NCBI GenBank assembly: GCA_021780535.1
Contig: JAJXYN010000004.1
Coordinates: forward strand, 1 to 50,427
Direction of reading: 5' to 3'
DNA: 50,427 bases
From: a bacterium
Lineage (GTDB): Bacteria; Patescibacteriota; Patescibacteriia; JAGPKW01
Of the stretch, positions 50,002 to 50,427 are shown piece after piece. The position numbers were made by a program, and so were the translations under genes. The notes under the pieces are model-generated. The model worked only from the letters and a program-made list of their open reading frames with translations, did not search any database and was not told the DNA's origin. The stretch's first letter is position 1; each line of letters opens with the position of its first letter.

Positions 50002-50427
50002 ATGAAATTATATGAAAATGATAAGAAATTTATAAATTCTATACTTGAATCCGTTAGGGAATATAGAGTTTCTCATAAATGGAATAATAATGAAGTTGTT
50101 CTTATTAGCTTTGATTTTTTATTTAATAAAATATTAATAGATAATGAAAAAATAAAATTTTGCAAAAAAATTTTATCTATAAACCCATTAAAATATGGTT
50201 TTAATGGAGTTTTGTATAATGAAAATAAAAATGAAATAGAACCGAGATTATTTAAAATATTATCTGGACAAAAATTAAAAAATAATACAAAAATACAGGC
50301 ACAATATGTTTTAAAAGATGTTTATGCTAAATTTAAAAGAATGAATAATTTTTTAAAAAAAGATATTGGTGTTGGTGTTATTATTCAGTCTGGTTATAGA
50401 TCCCCAGCTTATCAGTTGATTAGATCG
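50002..50427 (+). CDS. Partial CDS (3' end off-window), likely an M15/VanY-like D-Ala-D-Ala carboxypeptidase
   Basis: Manual translation from the ATG at 50002 is open to the window end (142 codons). It ends ...GVIIQSGYRSPAYQLIRS, which resembles the SGYRS..Q motif of the VanY/M15B family. Confidence 0.5.
   Translation, partial: MKLYENDKKFINSILESVREYRVSHKWNNNEVVLISFDFLFNKILIDNEKIKFCKKILSINPLKYGFNGVLYNENKNEIEPRLFKILSGQKLKNNTKIQAQYVLKDVYAKFKRMNNFLKKDIGVGVIIQSGYRSPAYQLIRS

Overview
AT-rich bacterial chromosomal window, roughly 30% G+C by eye. Nearly all genes are on the + strand. It reads like a small-genome, CPR/Patescibacteria-like organism. This is an inference from SD-less gene starts, an unlinked 16S, a VirB2-like pilin, a sigma-region-4/HARE-HTH protein and a reduced ComEC. 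The standard genetic code fits.

The first 10.9 kb is one uninterrupted ORF that is still open at nt 1, so the protein exceeds 3,596 aa. It encodes a cysteine-rich mosaic extracellular protein. It has about 24 GGYCGDG...EECD repeats, two apparently circularly permuted C-type-lectin-like domains, an ILEI/GG-lectin-like domain and a LamG domain. Ephrin-receptor-like Cys repeats and WSxWS-containing modules follow.

Next comes an envelope cluster: a polytopic membrane protein, a membrane-anchored terpene-cyclase/prenyltransferase-repeat protein, a UbiA prenyltransferase (divergent from the previous gene) and a Cys-rich lipoprotein.

The rest is mostly housekeeping:
- ftsK, a pilin-like gene, an HtrA protease, prfB, comEC
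- an S8 protease with a beta-propeller, a UXS-like epimerase
- tRNA-Thr, rpmG (missed by the ORF track), glyQS
- an M16 peptidase, an AI-2E permease, rsmI, tatD
- a UvrD-type helicase fused to a PD-(D/E)XK nuclease
- pheST, gyrB
- a stand-alone 16S rRNA with its own promoter, processing stem and terminator
- an RluA-family synthase, a cmk-like kinase, rplS and a partial VanY-like peptidase

The most unusual signals are non-coding or sub-genic:
- A ~100-nt hairpin-flanked element is present three times.
- A GC-rich ~33-nt element is present once after tRNA-Thr and twice in frame inside the helicase gene.
- A family of AT-rich palindromic elements sits just upstream of at least five start codons.
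- A hairpin with a conserved 17-nt loop shows compensatory stem changes between copies.
- Three small higher-GC gene islands carry strong SD sites, which the native genes lack.

All domain calls come from reading motifs by eye. No searches were run, and domain boundaries are approximate.
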